A stretch of 64,000 nt of DNA from the human T2T-CHM13v2.0 reference genome, Homo sapiens, in the NCBI RefSeq assembly GCF_009914755.1, contig NC_060926.1; one strand, 5' to 3'. The position numbers and the translations under genes are program-made. The notes under the pieces are model-generated. The model searched no databases. It had not been told where the DNA came from and worked only from the letters and a program-made list of their open reading frames with translations. Below are positions 40,101 to 51,947 of this stretch, one piece after another (within the stretch, counting starts at the first letter, position 1; each line of letters begins with the position of its first letter).

Positions 40101-43100
40101 TGCGCCCTCAACTAAGAGTGTTGAAGCATTCTTTTGAGAGAGCAGTTTTGAAACACTCTTTTTGTGGAATCTGCAAGTGGATATTTGTCTAGCTTTGAGG
40201 ATTTCGTTGGAAACGGGATTACATATAAAAAGCAGACAGCAGCATTCCCAGAAACTTCTTTGTGATGTTTGCATTCAAGTCACAGAGTTGAACATTCCCT
40301 TTCATAGAGCAGGTTTGAAACACTCTTTTTGTAGTATCTGGATGTGGACATTTGGAGCGCTTTCAGGCCTATGGTGAAAAAGGAAATATCTTCCCCAGAA
40401 AACTAGACAGAAGCATTCTCAGAATCTTATTTGTGATGTGCGCCCTCAACTAACAGTGTTGAAGCTTTCTTTTGATAGAGCAGTTTTGAAACACTCTTTT
40501 TGTAATATCTGCAAGAGGATATTTGGATAGCTTTGAGGATTTCGTTGGAAACGGGATTAATTATAAAAAGCAGACAGCAGCATTCCCAGAATCTTGTTTG
40601 TGATGTTTGCATTCAAGTCACAGAGTTGAACATTCCCTTTCAGAGAGCAGGTTTGAAACACTCTTTTTATAGTATCTGGATGTGGACATTTGGAGCGCTT
40701 TCAGGCCTATGGTGAAAAAGGAAATATCTTCTCCTGAAAACTAGACAGAAGCATTCTCAGAATCTTATTTGTGATGTGCGCCCTCAACTAACAGTGTTGA
40801 AGCTTTCTTTTGGTAGAGCAGTTTTGAAACACTCTTTTTGTAAAATCTGCAAGAGGATATTTGGATAGCTTTGAGGATTTCGTTGGAAACGGGATTGTCT
40901 TCATATAAACTCTAGACAGAAGCATTCTCAGAAGCATCATTGGGATGTTTCAATTGAAGCCACAGTGTTGAACAGTCCCTTTCATAGAGCAGGTTTGAAA
41001 CACTCTTTTTGTAGTATCTGGATGTGGACATTTGCAGCGCTTTCAGGCCTATGGTGAAAAAGGAAATATCTTCCCCTGAAAACTAGACAGAAGCATTCTC
41101 AGAAACTTATTTGTGATGTGCGCCCTCAACTAACAGTGTTGAAGCTTTCTTTTGATAGAGCAGTTTTGAAACACTCTTTTTGTAATATCTGCAAGAGGAT
41201 ATTTGGATAGCTTTGAGGATTTCTTTGGAAACGGGATTGTCTTCATATAAACTCTAGACAGAAGCATTCTCAGAAGCTTCATTGGGATGTTTCAATTGAA
41301 GTCACAGTGTTGAACAGTCCCTTTCATAGAGCAGGTTTGAAACACTCTTTTTGTAGTATCTGGAAGTGGACATTTGGAGAGATCTCAGGAATACGGTGAT
41401 AAAGGAAATATCTTCCAATAAAAGCTAGATAGAAGCAATGTCAGAAACTTTTTCATGATGTATCTACTCAGCTAACAGAGTTGAACCTTTCTTTTGAGAG
41501 AGCAGTTTTGAAACACTCTTTTTGTGGAATCTGCAAGTGGATATTTGTCTAGCTTTGAGGATTTCGTTGGAAACGGGATTACATATAAAAAGCAGACAGC
41601 AGCATTCCCAGTAACTTCTTTGTGGTGTTTGCATTCAAGTCACAGAGTTGAACATTCCCTTTCCTAGAGCAGGTTTGAAACACTCTTTTTGTAGTATCTG
41701 GATGTGGACATTTGGAGCGCTTTCAGGCCTATGGTGAAAAAGGAAATATCTTCCCCTGAAAACTAGACAGAAGCATTCTCAGAATCTTATTTTTGATGTG
41801 CGCCCTCAACTAACAGTGTTGAAGCTTTCTTTTGATAGAGCAGTTTTGAAACACTCTTTTTGTAAAATCTGCAAGAGGATATTTGGATAGCTTTGAGGAT
41901 TTCGTTGGAAACGGGATTGTCTTCATATAAACTCTAGACAGAAGCATTCTCAGAAGCTTCATTGGGATGTTTCAATTAAAGTCACAGTGTTGAACAGTCC
42001 CTTTCATAGAGCAGGTTTGAAACACTCTTTTTGTAGTATCTGGAAGTGGACATTTGGAGCGCTCTCAGGACTGCGGTGAAAAAGGAAATATCTTCCAATA
42101 AAAGCTAGATAGAAGCAATGTCAGAAACTTTTTCATGATGTATCTACTCAGCTAACAGAGTTGAACCTTCCTTTGAGAGAGCAGTTTTGAAACACTCTTT
42201 TTGTGGAATCTGCAAGTGGATATTTGTCTAGCTTTGAGGATTTCGTTGGAAACGGGTTACATATAAAAAGCAGACAGCAGCATTCCCAGAAACTTCTTTG
42301 TGTTGTTTGCATTCAAGTCACAGAGTTGAACATTCCCTTTCATAGAGCAGGTTTGAAACACTCTTTTTGTAGTATCTGGATGTGGACATTTGGAGAGATC
42401 TCAGGAATACGGTGATAAAGGAAATATCTTCCAATAAAAGCTAGATAGAAGCAATGTCAGAAACTTTTTCATGATGTATCTACTCAGCTAACAGAGTTGA
42501 ACCTTTCTTTTGAGAGAGCAGTTTTGAAACACTCTTTTTGTGGAATCTGCAAGTGGATATTTGTCTAGCTTTGAGGATTTCGTTGGAAACGGGATTACAT
42601 ATAAAAAGCAGACAGCAGCATTCCCAGTAACTTCTTTGTGATGTTTGCATTCAAGTCACAGAGTTGAACATTCCCTTTCATAGAGCAGGTTTGAAACACT
42701 TTTTTTGTAGTATCTGGATGTGTACATTTGGAGCGCTTTCAGGCCTATGGTGAAAAAGGAAATATCTTCCCAAGAAAACTAGACAAAAGCATTCTCAGAA
42801 TCTTATTTGTGATGTGCGCCCTCAACTAACAGTGTTGAAGCTTTCTTTTGATAGAGCAGTTTTGAAACACTCTTTTCGTAAAATCTGCAAGAGTATATTT
42901 TGATAGCTTTGAGGATTACGTTGGAAACGGGATTGTCTTCATATAAACTCTAGACAGAAGCATTCTCAGAAGCTTCATTGGGATGTTTCAATTAAAGTCA
43001 CAGTGTTGAACAGTCCCATTCATAGAGCAGGTTTGAAACACTCTTTTTGTAGTATCTGGAAGTGGACATTTGGAGCGCTCTCAGGACTGCGGTGAAAAAG

Positions 43101-46100
43101 GAAATATCTTCCAATAAAAGCTAGATAGAAGCAATGTCAGAAACTTTTTCATGATGTATCTACTCAGCTAACAGAGATGAACCTTCCTTTGAGAGAGCAG
43201 TTTTGAAACACTCTTTTTGTGGAATCTGCAAGTGGATATTTGTCTAGCTTTGAGGATTTCGTTGGAAACGGGATTAATTATAAAAAGCAGACAGCAGCAT
43301 TCCCAGAAACTTCTTTGTGTTGTTTGCATTCAAGTCACAGAGTTTAACATTCCCTTTCATAGAGCAGGTTTGAAACACTCTTTTTGTAGTATCTGGATGT
43401 GGACATTTGCAGCGCTTTCAGGCCTAAGGTGAAAAAGGAAATATCTTCCCCTGAAAACTAGACAGAAGCATTCTCAGAAACTTATTTGTGATGTGCGCCC
43501 TCAACTAACAGTGTTGAAGCTTTCTTTTGATAGAGCAGTTTTGAAACACTCTTTTTGTAATATCTGCAAGAGGATATTTGGATAGCTTTGAGGATTTCGT
43601 TGGAAACGGGATTGTCTTCATATAAACTCTAGACAGAAGCATTCTCAGAAGCTTCATTGGGATGTTTCAATTGAAGTTACAGTGTTGAACAGTCCCTTTC
43701 ATAGAGCAGGTTTGAAACACTCTTTTTGTAGTATCTGGATGTGGACATTTGGAGCGCTTTCAGGCCTATGGTTTAAAAGGAAATATCTTCCCCTGAAAAC
43801 TAGACAGAAGCATTCTCAGAAACTTATTTGTGATGTGCTCCCTCAACTAACAGTGTTGAAGCATTCTTTTGATAGAGCAGTTTTGAAACACTCTTTTTGT
43901 GGAATGTGCAAGTGGATATTTGTCTAGCTTTGAGGATTTCGTTGGAAACGGGATTACATATAAAAAGCAGACAGCAGCATTCCCAGAAACTTCTTTGTGA
44001 TGTTTGCATTCACGTCACAGAGTTGAACATTCCCTTTCATAGAGCAGGTTTGAAACACTCTTTTTGTAGTATCTGGATGTGGACATTTGGAGCGCTTTCA
44101 GGCCTATGGTGAAAAAGGAAATATCTTCCCCTGAAAACTAGACAGAAGCATTCTCAGAAACTTATTTGTGATGTGCGCCCTCAACTAACAGTGTTGAAGC
44201 TTTCTTTTGATAGAGCAGTTTTGAAACACTCTTTTTGTAATATCTGCAAGAGGATATTTGGATAGCTTTGAGGATTTCGTTGGAAACGGGATTAATTATA
44301 AAAAGCAGACAGCAGCATTCCCAGAATCTTGTTTGTGATGTTTGCATTCAAGTCACAGAGTTGAACATTCCCTTTCAGAGAGCAGGTTTGAAACACTCTT
44401 TTTATAGTATCTGGATGTGGACATTTGGAGCGCTTTCAGGCCTATGGTGAAAAAGGAAATATCTTCTCCTGAAAACTAGACAGAAGCATTCTCAGAATCT
44501 TATTTGTGATGTGCGCCCTCAACTAACAGTGTTGAAGCTTTCTTTTGGTAGAGCAGTTTTGAAACACTCTTTTTGTAAAATCTGCAAGAGGATATTTGGA
44601 TAGCTTTGAGGATTTCGTTGGAAACGGGATTGTCTTCATATAAACTCTAGACAGAAGCATTCTCAGAAGCATCATTGGGATGTTTCAATTGAAGTCACAG
44701 TGTTGAACAGTCCCTTTCATAGAGCAGGTTTGAAACACTCTTTTTGTAGTATCTGGATGTGGACATTTGGAGCGCTTTCAGGCCTATGGTTTAAAAGGAA
44801 ATATCTTCCCCTGAAAACTAGACAGAAGCATTCTCAGAAACTTATTTGTGATGTGCGCCCTCAACTAACAGTGTTGAAGCATTCTTTTGATAGAGCAGTG
44901 TTGAAACACTCTTTTTGTGGAATCTGCAAGTGGATATTTGTCTAGCTTTGAGGATTTCGTTGGAAACGGGATTACATATAAAAAGCAGACAGCAGCATTC
45001 CCAGAAACTTCTTTGTGATGTTTGCATTCAAGTCACAGAGTTGAACATTCCCTTTTATAGAGCAGGTTTGAAACACTCTTTTTGTAGTATCTGGATGTGG
45101 ACATTTGGAGCGCTTTCAGGCCTATGGTGAAAAAGGAAATATCTTCCCCTGAAAACTAGACAGAAGCATTCTCAGAAACTTATTTGTGATGTGCGCCCTC
45201 AACTAACAGTGTTGAAGCTTTCTTTTGATAGAGCAGTTTTGAAACACTCTTTTTGTAATATCTGCAAGAGGATATTTGGATAGCTTTGAGGATTTCTTTG
45301 GAAACGGGATTGTCTTCATATAAACTCTAGACAGAAGCATTCTCAGAAGCTTCATTGGGATGTTTCAATTGAAGTCACAGTGTTGAACAGTCCCTTTCAT
45401 AGAGCAGGTTTGAAACACTCTTTTTGTAGTATCTGGAAGTGGACATTTGGAGAGATCTCAGGAAAACGGTGATAAAGGAAATATCTTCCAATAAAAGCTA
45501 GATAGAAGCAATGTCAGAAACTTTTTCATGATGTATCTACTCAGCTAACAGAGTTGAACCTTTCTTTTGAGAGAGCAGTTTTGAAACACTCTTTTTGTGG
45601 AATCTGCAAGTGGATATTTGTCTAGCTTTGAGGATTTCGTTGGAAACGGGATTACATATAAAAAGCAGACAGCAGCATTCCCAGTAACATCTTTGTGGTG
45701 TTTGCATTCAAGTCACAGAGTTGAACATTCCCTTTCATAGAGCAGGTTTGAAACACTCTTTTTGTAGTATCTGGATGTGGACATTTGGAGCGCTTTCAGG
45801 CCTATGGTGAAAAAGGAAATATCTTCCCCTGAAAACTAGACAGAAGCATTCTCAGAAACTTATTTGTGATGTGCGCCCTCAACTAACAGTGTTGAAGCTT
45901 TCTTTTGATAGAGCAGTTTTGAAACACTCTTTTCGTAAAATCTGCAAGAGGATATTTTGATAGCTTTGAGGATTACGTTGGAAACGGGATTGTCTTCATA
46001 TAAACTCTAGACAGAAGCATTCTCAGAAGCTTCATTGGGATGTTTCAATTGAAGTCACAGTGTTGAACAGTCCCTTTCATAGTGCAGGTTTGAAACACTC

Positions 46101-49100
46101 TTTTTGTAGTATCTGGAAGTGGACATTTGGAGCGCTCTCAGGACTGCGATGAAAAAGGAAATATCTTCCAATAAAAGCTAGATAGAAGCAATGTCAGAAA
46201 CTTTTTCATGATGTATCTACTCAGCTAACAGAGTTGAACCTTCCTTTGAGAGAGCAGTTTTGAAACACTCTTTTTGTGGAATCTGCAAGTGGATATTTGT
46301 CTAGCATTGAGGATTTCGTTGGAAACGGGATTACATATAAAAAGCAGACAGCAGCATTCCCAGTAACTTCTTTGTGATGTTTGCATTCAAGTCACAGAGT
46401 TGAACATTCCCTTTCATAGAGCAGGTTTGAAACACTTTTTTTGTAGTATCTGGATGTGGACAATTGGAGCGCTTTCAGGCCTATGGTGAAAAAGGAAATA
46501 TCTTCCAATAAAAGCTACATAGAAGCAATGTCAGAAACTTTTTCATGATGTATCTACTCAGCTAACAGAGTTGAACCTTTCTTTTGAGAGAGCAGTTTTG
46601 AAACACTCTTTTTGTGGAATCTGCAAGTGGATATTTGTCTAGCTTTGAGGATTTCGTTGGAAACGGGATTACATATAAAAAGCAGACAGCAGCATTCCCA
46701 GTAACTTCTTTGTGATGTTTGCATTCAAGTCACAGAGTTGAACATTCCCTTTCATAGAGCAGGTTTGAAACACTCTTTTTGTAGTATGTGGATGTGGACA
46801 TTTGGAGCGCTTTCAGGCCTATGGTGAAAAAGGAAATATCTTCCCCAGAAAACTAGACAGAAGCATTCTCAGAATCTTATTTGTGATGTGCGCCCTCAAC
46901 TAACAGTGTTGAAGCTTTCTTTTGATAGAGCAGTTTTGAAACACTCTTTTCGTAAAATCTGCAAGAGGATACTTGGATAGCTTTCAGGATTACGTTGGAA
47001 ACGGGATTGTCTTCATATAAACTCTAGACAGAAGCATTCTCAGAAGCTTCATTGGGATGTTTCAATTAAAGTCACAGTGTTGAACAGTCCCTTTCATAGA
47101 GCAGGTTTGAAACACTCTTTTTGTAGTATCTGGAAGTGGACATTTGGAGCGCTCTCAGGACTGCGGTGAAAAAGGAAATATCTTCCAATAAAAGCTAGAT
47201 AGAAGCAATGTCAGAAACTTTTTCATGATGTATCTACTCAGCTAACAGAGTTGAACCTTCCTTTGAGAGAGCAGTTTTGAAACACTCTTTTTGTGGAATC
47301 TGCAAGTGGATATTTGTCTAGCTTTGAGGATTTCGTTGGAAACGGGTTACATATAAAAAGCAGACAGCAGCATTCCCAGAAACTTCTTTGTGTTGTTTGC
47401 ATTCAAGTCACAGAGTTGAACATTCCCTTTCATAGAGCAGGTTTGAAACACTCTTTTTGTAGTATCTGGATGTGGACATTTGCAGCGATTTCAGGCCTAA
47501 GGTGAAAAAGGAAATATCTTCCCCTGAAAACTAGACAGAAGCATTCTCAGAAACTTATTTGTGATGTGCGCCCTCAACTAACAGTGTTGAAGCTTTCTTT
47601 TGATAGAGCAGTTTTGAAACACTCTTTTTGTAATATCTGCAAGAGGATATTTGGATAGCTTTGAGTATTTCGTTGGAAACGGGATTAATTATAAAAAGCA
47701 GACAGCAGCATTCCCAGAATCTTGTTTGTGATGTTTGCATTCAAGTCACAGAGTTGAACATTCCCTTTCAGAGAGCAGGTTTGAAACACTCTTTTTATAG
47801 TATCTGGATGTGGACATTTGGAGCGCTTTCAGGCCTATGGTGAAAAAGGAAATATCTTCTCCTGAAAACTAGACAGAAGCATTCTCAGAATCTTATTTGT
47901 GATGTGCGCCCTCAACTAACAGTGTTGAAGCTTTCTTTTGATAGAGCAGTTTTGAAACACTCTTTTCGTAAAATCTGCAAGAGGATATTTGGATAGCTTT
48001 GAGGATTTCGTTGGAAACGGGATTGTCTTCATATAAACTCTAGACAGAAGCATTCTCAGAAGCTTCATTGGGATGTTTCAATTGAAGTCACAGTGTTGAA
48101 CAATCCCTTTCATAGAGCAGGTTTGAAACACTCTTTTTGTAGTATATGGAAGGGGACATTTGGAACGCTCTCAGGACTGCGTTGAAAAAGGAAATATCTT
48201 CCAATAAAAGCTAGATAGAAGCAATGTCAGAAACTTTTTCATGATGTATCTACTCAGCTAACAGAGTTGAACCTTCATTTGAGAGAGCAGTTTTGAAACA
48301 CTCGTTTTGTGGAATCTGCAAGTGGATATTTGTCTAGCTTTGAGGATTTCGTTGGAAACGGGATTACATATAAAAAGCAGACAGCAGCATTCCCAGAAAC
48401 TTCTTTGTGATGTTTGCATTCAAGTCACAGAGTTGAACATTCCCTTTCATAGAGCAGGTTTGAAACACTCTTTTTGTAGTATCTGGATGTGGACATTTGC
48501 AGCGCTTTCAGGCATAAGGTGAAAAAGGAAATATCTTCCCCTGAAAACTAGACAGAAGCATTCTCAGAAACTTATTTGTGATGTGCGCCCTCAACTAACA
48601 GTGTTGAACCTTTCTTTTGATAGAGCAGTTTTGAAACACTCTTTTTGTAATATCTGCAAGAGGATATTTGGATAGCTTTGAGGATTTCTTTGGAAACGGG
48701 ATTGTCTTCATATAAACTCTAGACAGAAGCATTCTCAGAAGCTTCATTGGGATGTTTCAATTGAAGTCACAGTGTTGAACAGTCCCTTTCATAGAGCAGG
48801 TTTGAAACACTCTTTTTGTAGTATCTGGAAGTGGACATTTGGACAGTTCTCAGGAATACGGTGATAAAGGAAATATCTTCCAATAAAAGCTAGATAGAAG
48901 CAATGTCAGAAACTTTTTCATGATGTATCTACTCAGCTAACAGAGTTGAACCTTTCTTTTGAGAGAGCAGTTTTGAAACACTCTTTTTGTGGAATCTGCA
49001 AGTGGATATTTGTCTACCTTTGAGGATTTCGTTGGAAACGGGATTACATATAAAAAGCAGACAGCAGCATTCCCAGTAACTTCTTTGTGGTGTTTGCATT

Positions 49101-51947
49101 CAAGTCACAGAGTTGAACATTCCCTTTCATAGAGCAGGTTTGAAACACTCTTTTTGTAGTATCTGGATGTGTACATTTGGAGCGCTTTCAGGCCTATGGT
49201 GAAAAAGGAAATATCTTCCCCTGAAAACTAGACAGAAGCATTCTCAGAATCTTATTTGTGATGTGCGCCCTCAACTAACAGTGTTGAAGCTTTCTTTTGA
49301 TAGAGCAGTTTTGAAACACTCTTTTCGTAAAATCTGCAAGAGGATATTTGGATAGCTTTGAGGATTTCGTTGGAAACGGGATTGTCTTCATATAAACTCT
49401 AGACAGAAGCATTCTCAGAAGCTTCATTGGGATGTTTCAATTGAAGTCACAGTGTTGAACAGTCCCTTTCATAGAGCAGGTTTGAAACACTCTTTTTGTA
49501 GTATCTGGAAGTGGACATTTGGAGAGATCTCAGGAATACGGTGATAAAGGAAATATCTTCCAATAAAAGCTAGATAGAAGCAATGTCAGAAACTTTTTCA
49601 TGATGTATCTACTCAGCTAACAGAGTTGAACCTTTCTTTTGAGAGAGCAGTTTTGAAACACTCTTTTTGTGGAATCTGCAAGTGGATATTTGTCTAGCTT
49701 TGAGGATTTCGTTGGAAACGGGATTACATATAAAAAGCAGACAGCAGCATTCCCAGTAACTTCTTTGTGATGTTTGCATTCAAGTCACAGAGTTGAACAT
49801 TCCCTTTCATAGAGCAGGTTTGAAACACTTTTTTTGTAGTATCTGGATGTGGACATTTGGAGCGCTTTCAGGCCTATGGTGAAAAAGGAAATATCTTCCA
49901 ATAAAAGCTACATAGAAGCAATGTCAGATACTTTTTCATGATGTATCTACTCAGCTAACAGAGTTGAACCTTTCTTTTGAGAGAGCAGTTTTGAAACACT
50001 CTTTTTGTGGAATCTGGAAGTGGATATTTGTCTAGCTTTGAGGATTTCGTTGGAAACGGGATTACATATAAAAAGCAGACAGCAGCATTCCCAGTAACTT
50101 CTTTGTGATGTTTGCATTCAATTCACAGAGTTGAACATTCCCTTTCATAGAGCAGGTTTGAAACACTCTTTTTGTAGTATCTGGATGTGGACATTTGGAG
50201 CGCTTTCAGGCCTATGGTGAAAAAGGAAATATCTTCCCCAGAAAACTAGACAGAAGCATTCTCAGAATCTTATTTGTGATGTGCGCCCTCAACTAACAGT
50301 GTTGAAGCTTTCTTTTGATAGAGCAGTTTTGAAACACCCTTTTCGTAAAATCTGCAAGAGGATAATTGGATAGCTTTGAGGATTACGTTGGAAACGGGAT
50401 TGTCTTCATATAAACTCTAGACAGAAGCATTCTCAGAAGCTTCATTGGGATGTTTCAATTAAAGTCACAGTGTTGAACAGTCCCTTTCATAGAGCAGGTT
50501 TGAAACACTCTTTTTGTAGTATCTGGAAGTGGACATTTGGAGCGCTCTCAGGACTGCGGTGAAAAAGGAAATATCTTCCAATAAAAGCTAGATAGAAGCA
50601 ATGTCAGAAACTTTTTCATGATGTATCTACTCAGCTAACAGAGTTGAACCTTCCTTTGAGAGAGCAGTTTTGAAACACTCTTTTTGTGGAATCTGCAAGT
50701 GGATATTTGTCTAGCTTTGAGGATTTCGTTGGAAACGGGTTACATATAAAAAGCAGACAGCAGCATTCCCAGAAACTTCTTTGTGTTGTTTGCATTCAAG
50801 TCACAGAGTTGAACATTCCCTTTCATAGAGCAGGTTTGAAACACTCTTTTTGTAGTATCTGGATGTGGACATTTGCAGCGCTTTCAGGCCTAAGGTGAAA
50901 AAGGAAATATCTTCCCCTGAAAACTAGACAGAAGCATTCTCAGAAACTTATTTGTGATGTGCGCCCTCAACTAACAGTGTTGAAGCTTTCTTTTGATAGA
51001 GCAGTTTTGAAACACTCTTTTTGTAATATCTGCAAGAGGATATTTGGATAGCTTTGAGGATTTCGTTGGAAACGGGATTGTCTTCATATAAACTCTAGAC
51101 AGAAGCATTCTCAGAAGCTTCATTGGGATTTTTCAATTGAAGTTGCAGTGTTGAACAGTCCCTTTCATAGAGCAGGTTTGAAACACTCTTTTTGTAGTAT
51201 CTGGATGTGGACATTTGGAGCGCTTTCAGGCATATGGTTTAAAAGGAAATATCTTCCCCTGAAAACTAGACAGAAGCATTCTCAGAAACTTATTTGTGAT
51301 GTGCGCCCTCAACTAAGAGTGTTGAAGCATTCTTTTGAGAGAGCAGTTTTGAAAAACTCTTTTTGTGGAATCTGCAAGTGGATATTTGTCTAGCTTTGAG
51401 GATTTCGTTGGAAACGGGATTACATATAAAAAGCAGACAGCAGCATTCCCAGTAACTTCTTTGTGATGTTTGCATTCAAGTCACAGAGTTGAACATTCCC
51501 TTTCATAGAGCAGGTTTGAAACACTCTTTTTGTAGTATCTGGATGTGGACATTTGGAGCGCTTTCAGGCCTATGGTGAAAAAGGAAATATCTTCCCCAGA
51601 AAACTAGACAGAAGCATTCTCAGAATCTTATTTGTGATGTGCGCCCTCAACTAACAGTGTTGAAGCTTTCTTTTGATAGAGCAGTTTTGAAACACTCTTT
51701 TTGTAATATCTGCAAGAGGATATTTGGATAGCTTTGAGGATTTCGTTGGAAACGGGATTAATTATAAAAAGCAGACAGCAGCATTCCCAGAATCTTGTTT
51801 GTGATGTTTGCATTCAAGTCACAGAGTTGAACATTCCCTTTCAGAGAGCAGGTTTGAAACACTCTTTTTATAGTATCTGGATGTGGACATTTGGAGCGCT
51901 TTCAGGCCTATGGTGAAAAAGGAAATATCTTCTCCTGAAAACTAGAC
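10198..51947 (+). repeat. Five copies of a variable-length super-HOR (spacings 8826, 7128, 9506 and ~10183 bp) sharing a ~4.75 kb core
   Basis: The same ordered SNV set appears in each copy: GATACTTGG, TTGAGTATTTCG (ORFs 12018, 20844, 27972, 37478, 47661), ATATGGAAGGGGAC, TGGACAGTTCTC, CTACCTTTGA and GGCATATGG. Confidence 0.88.
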
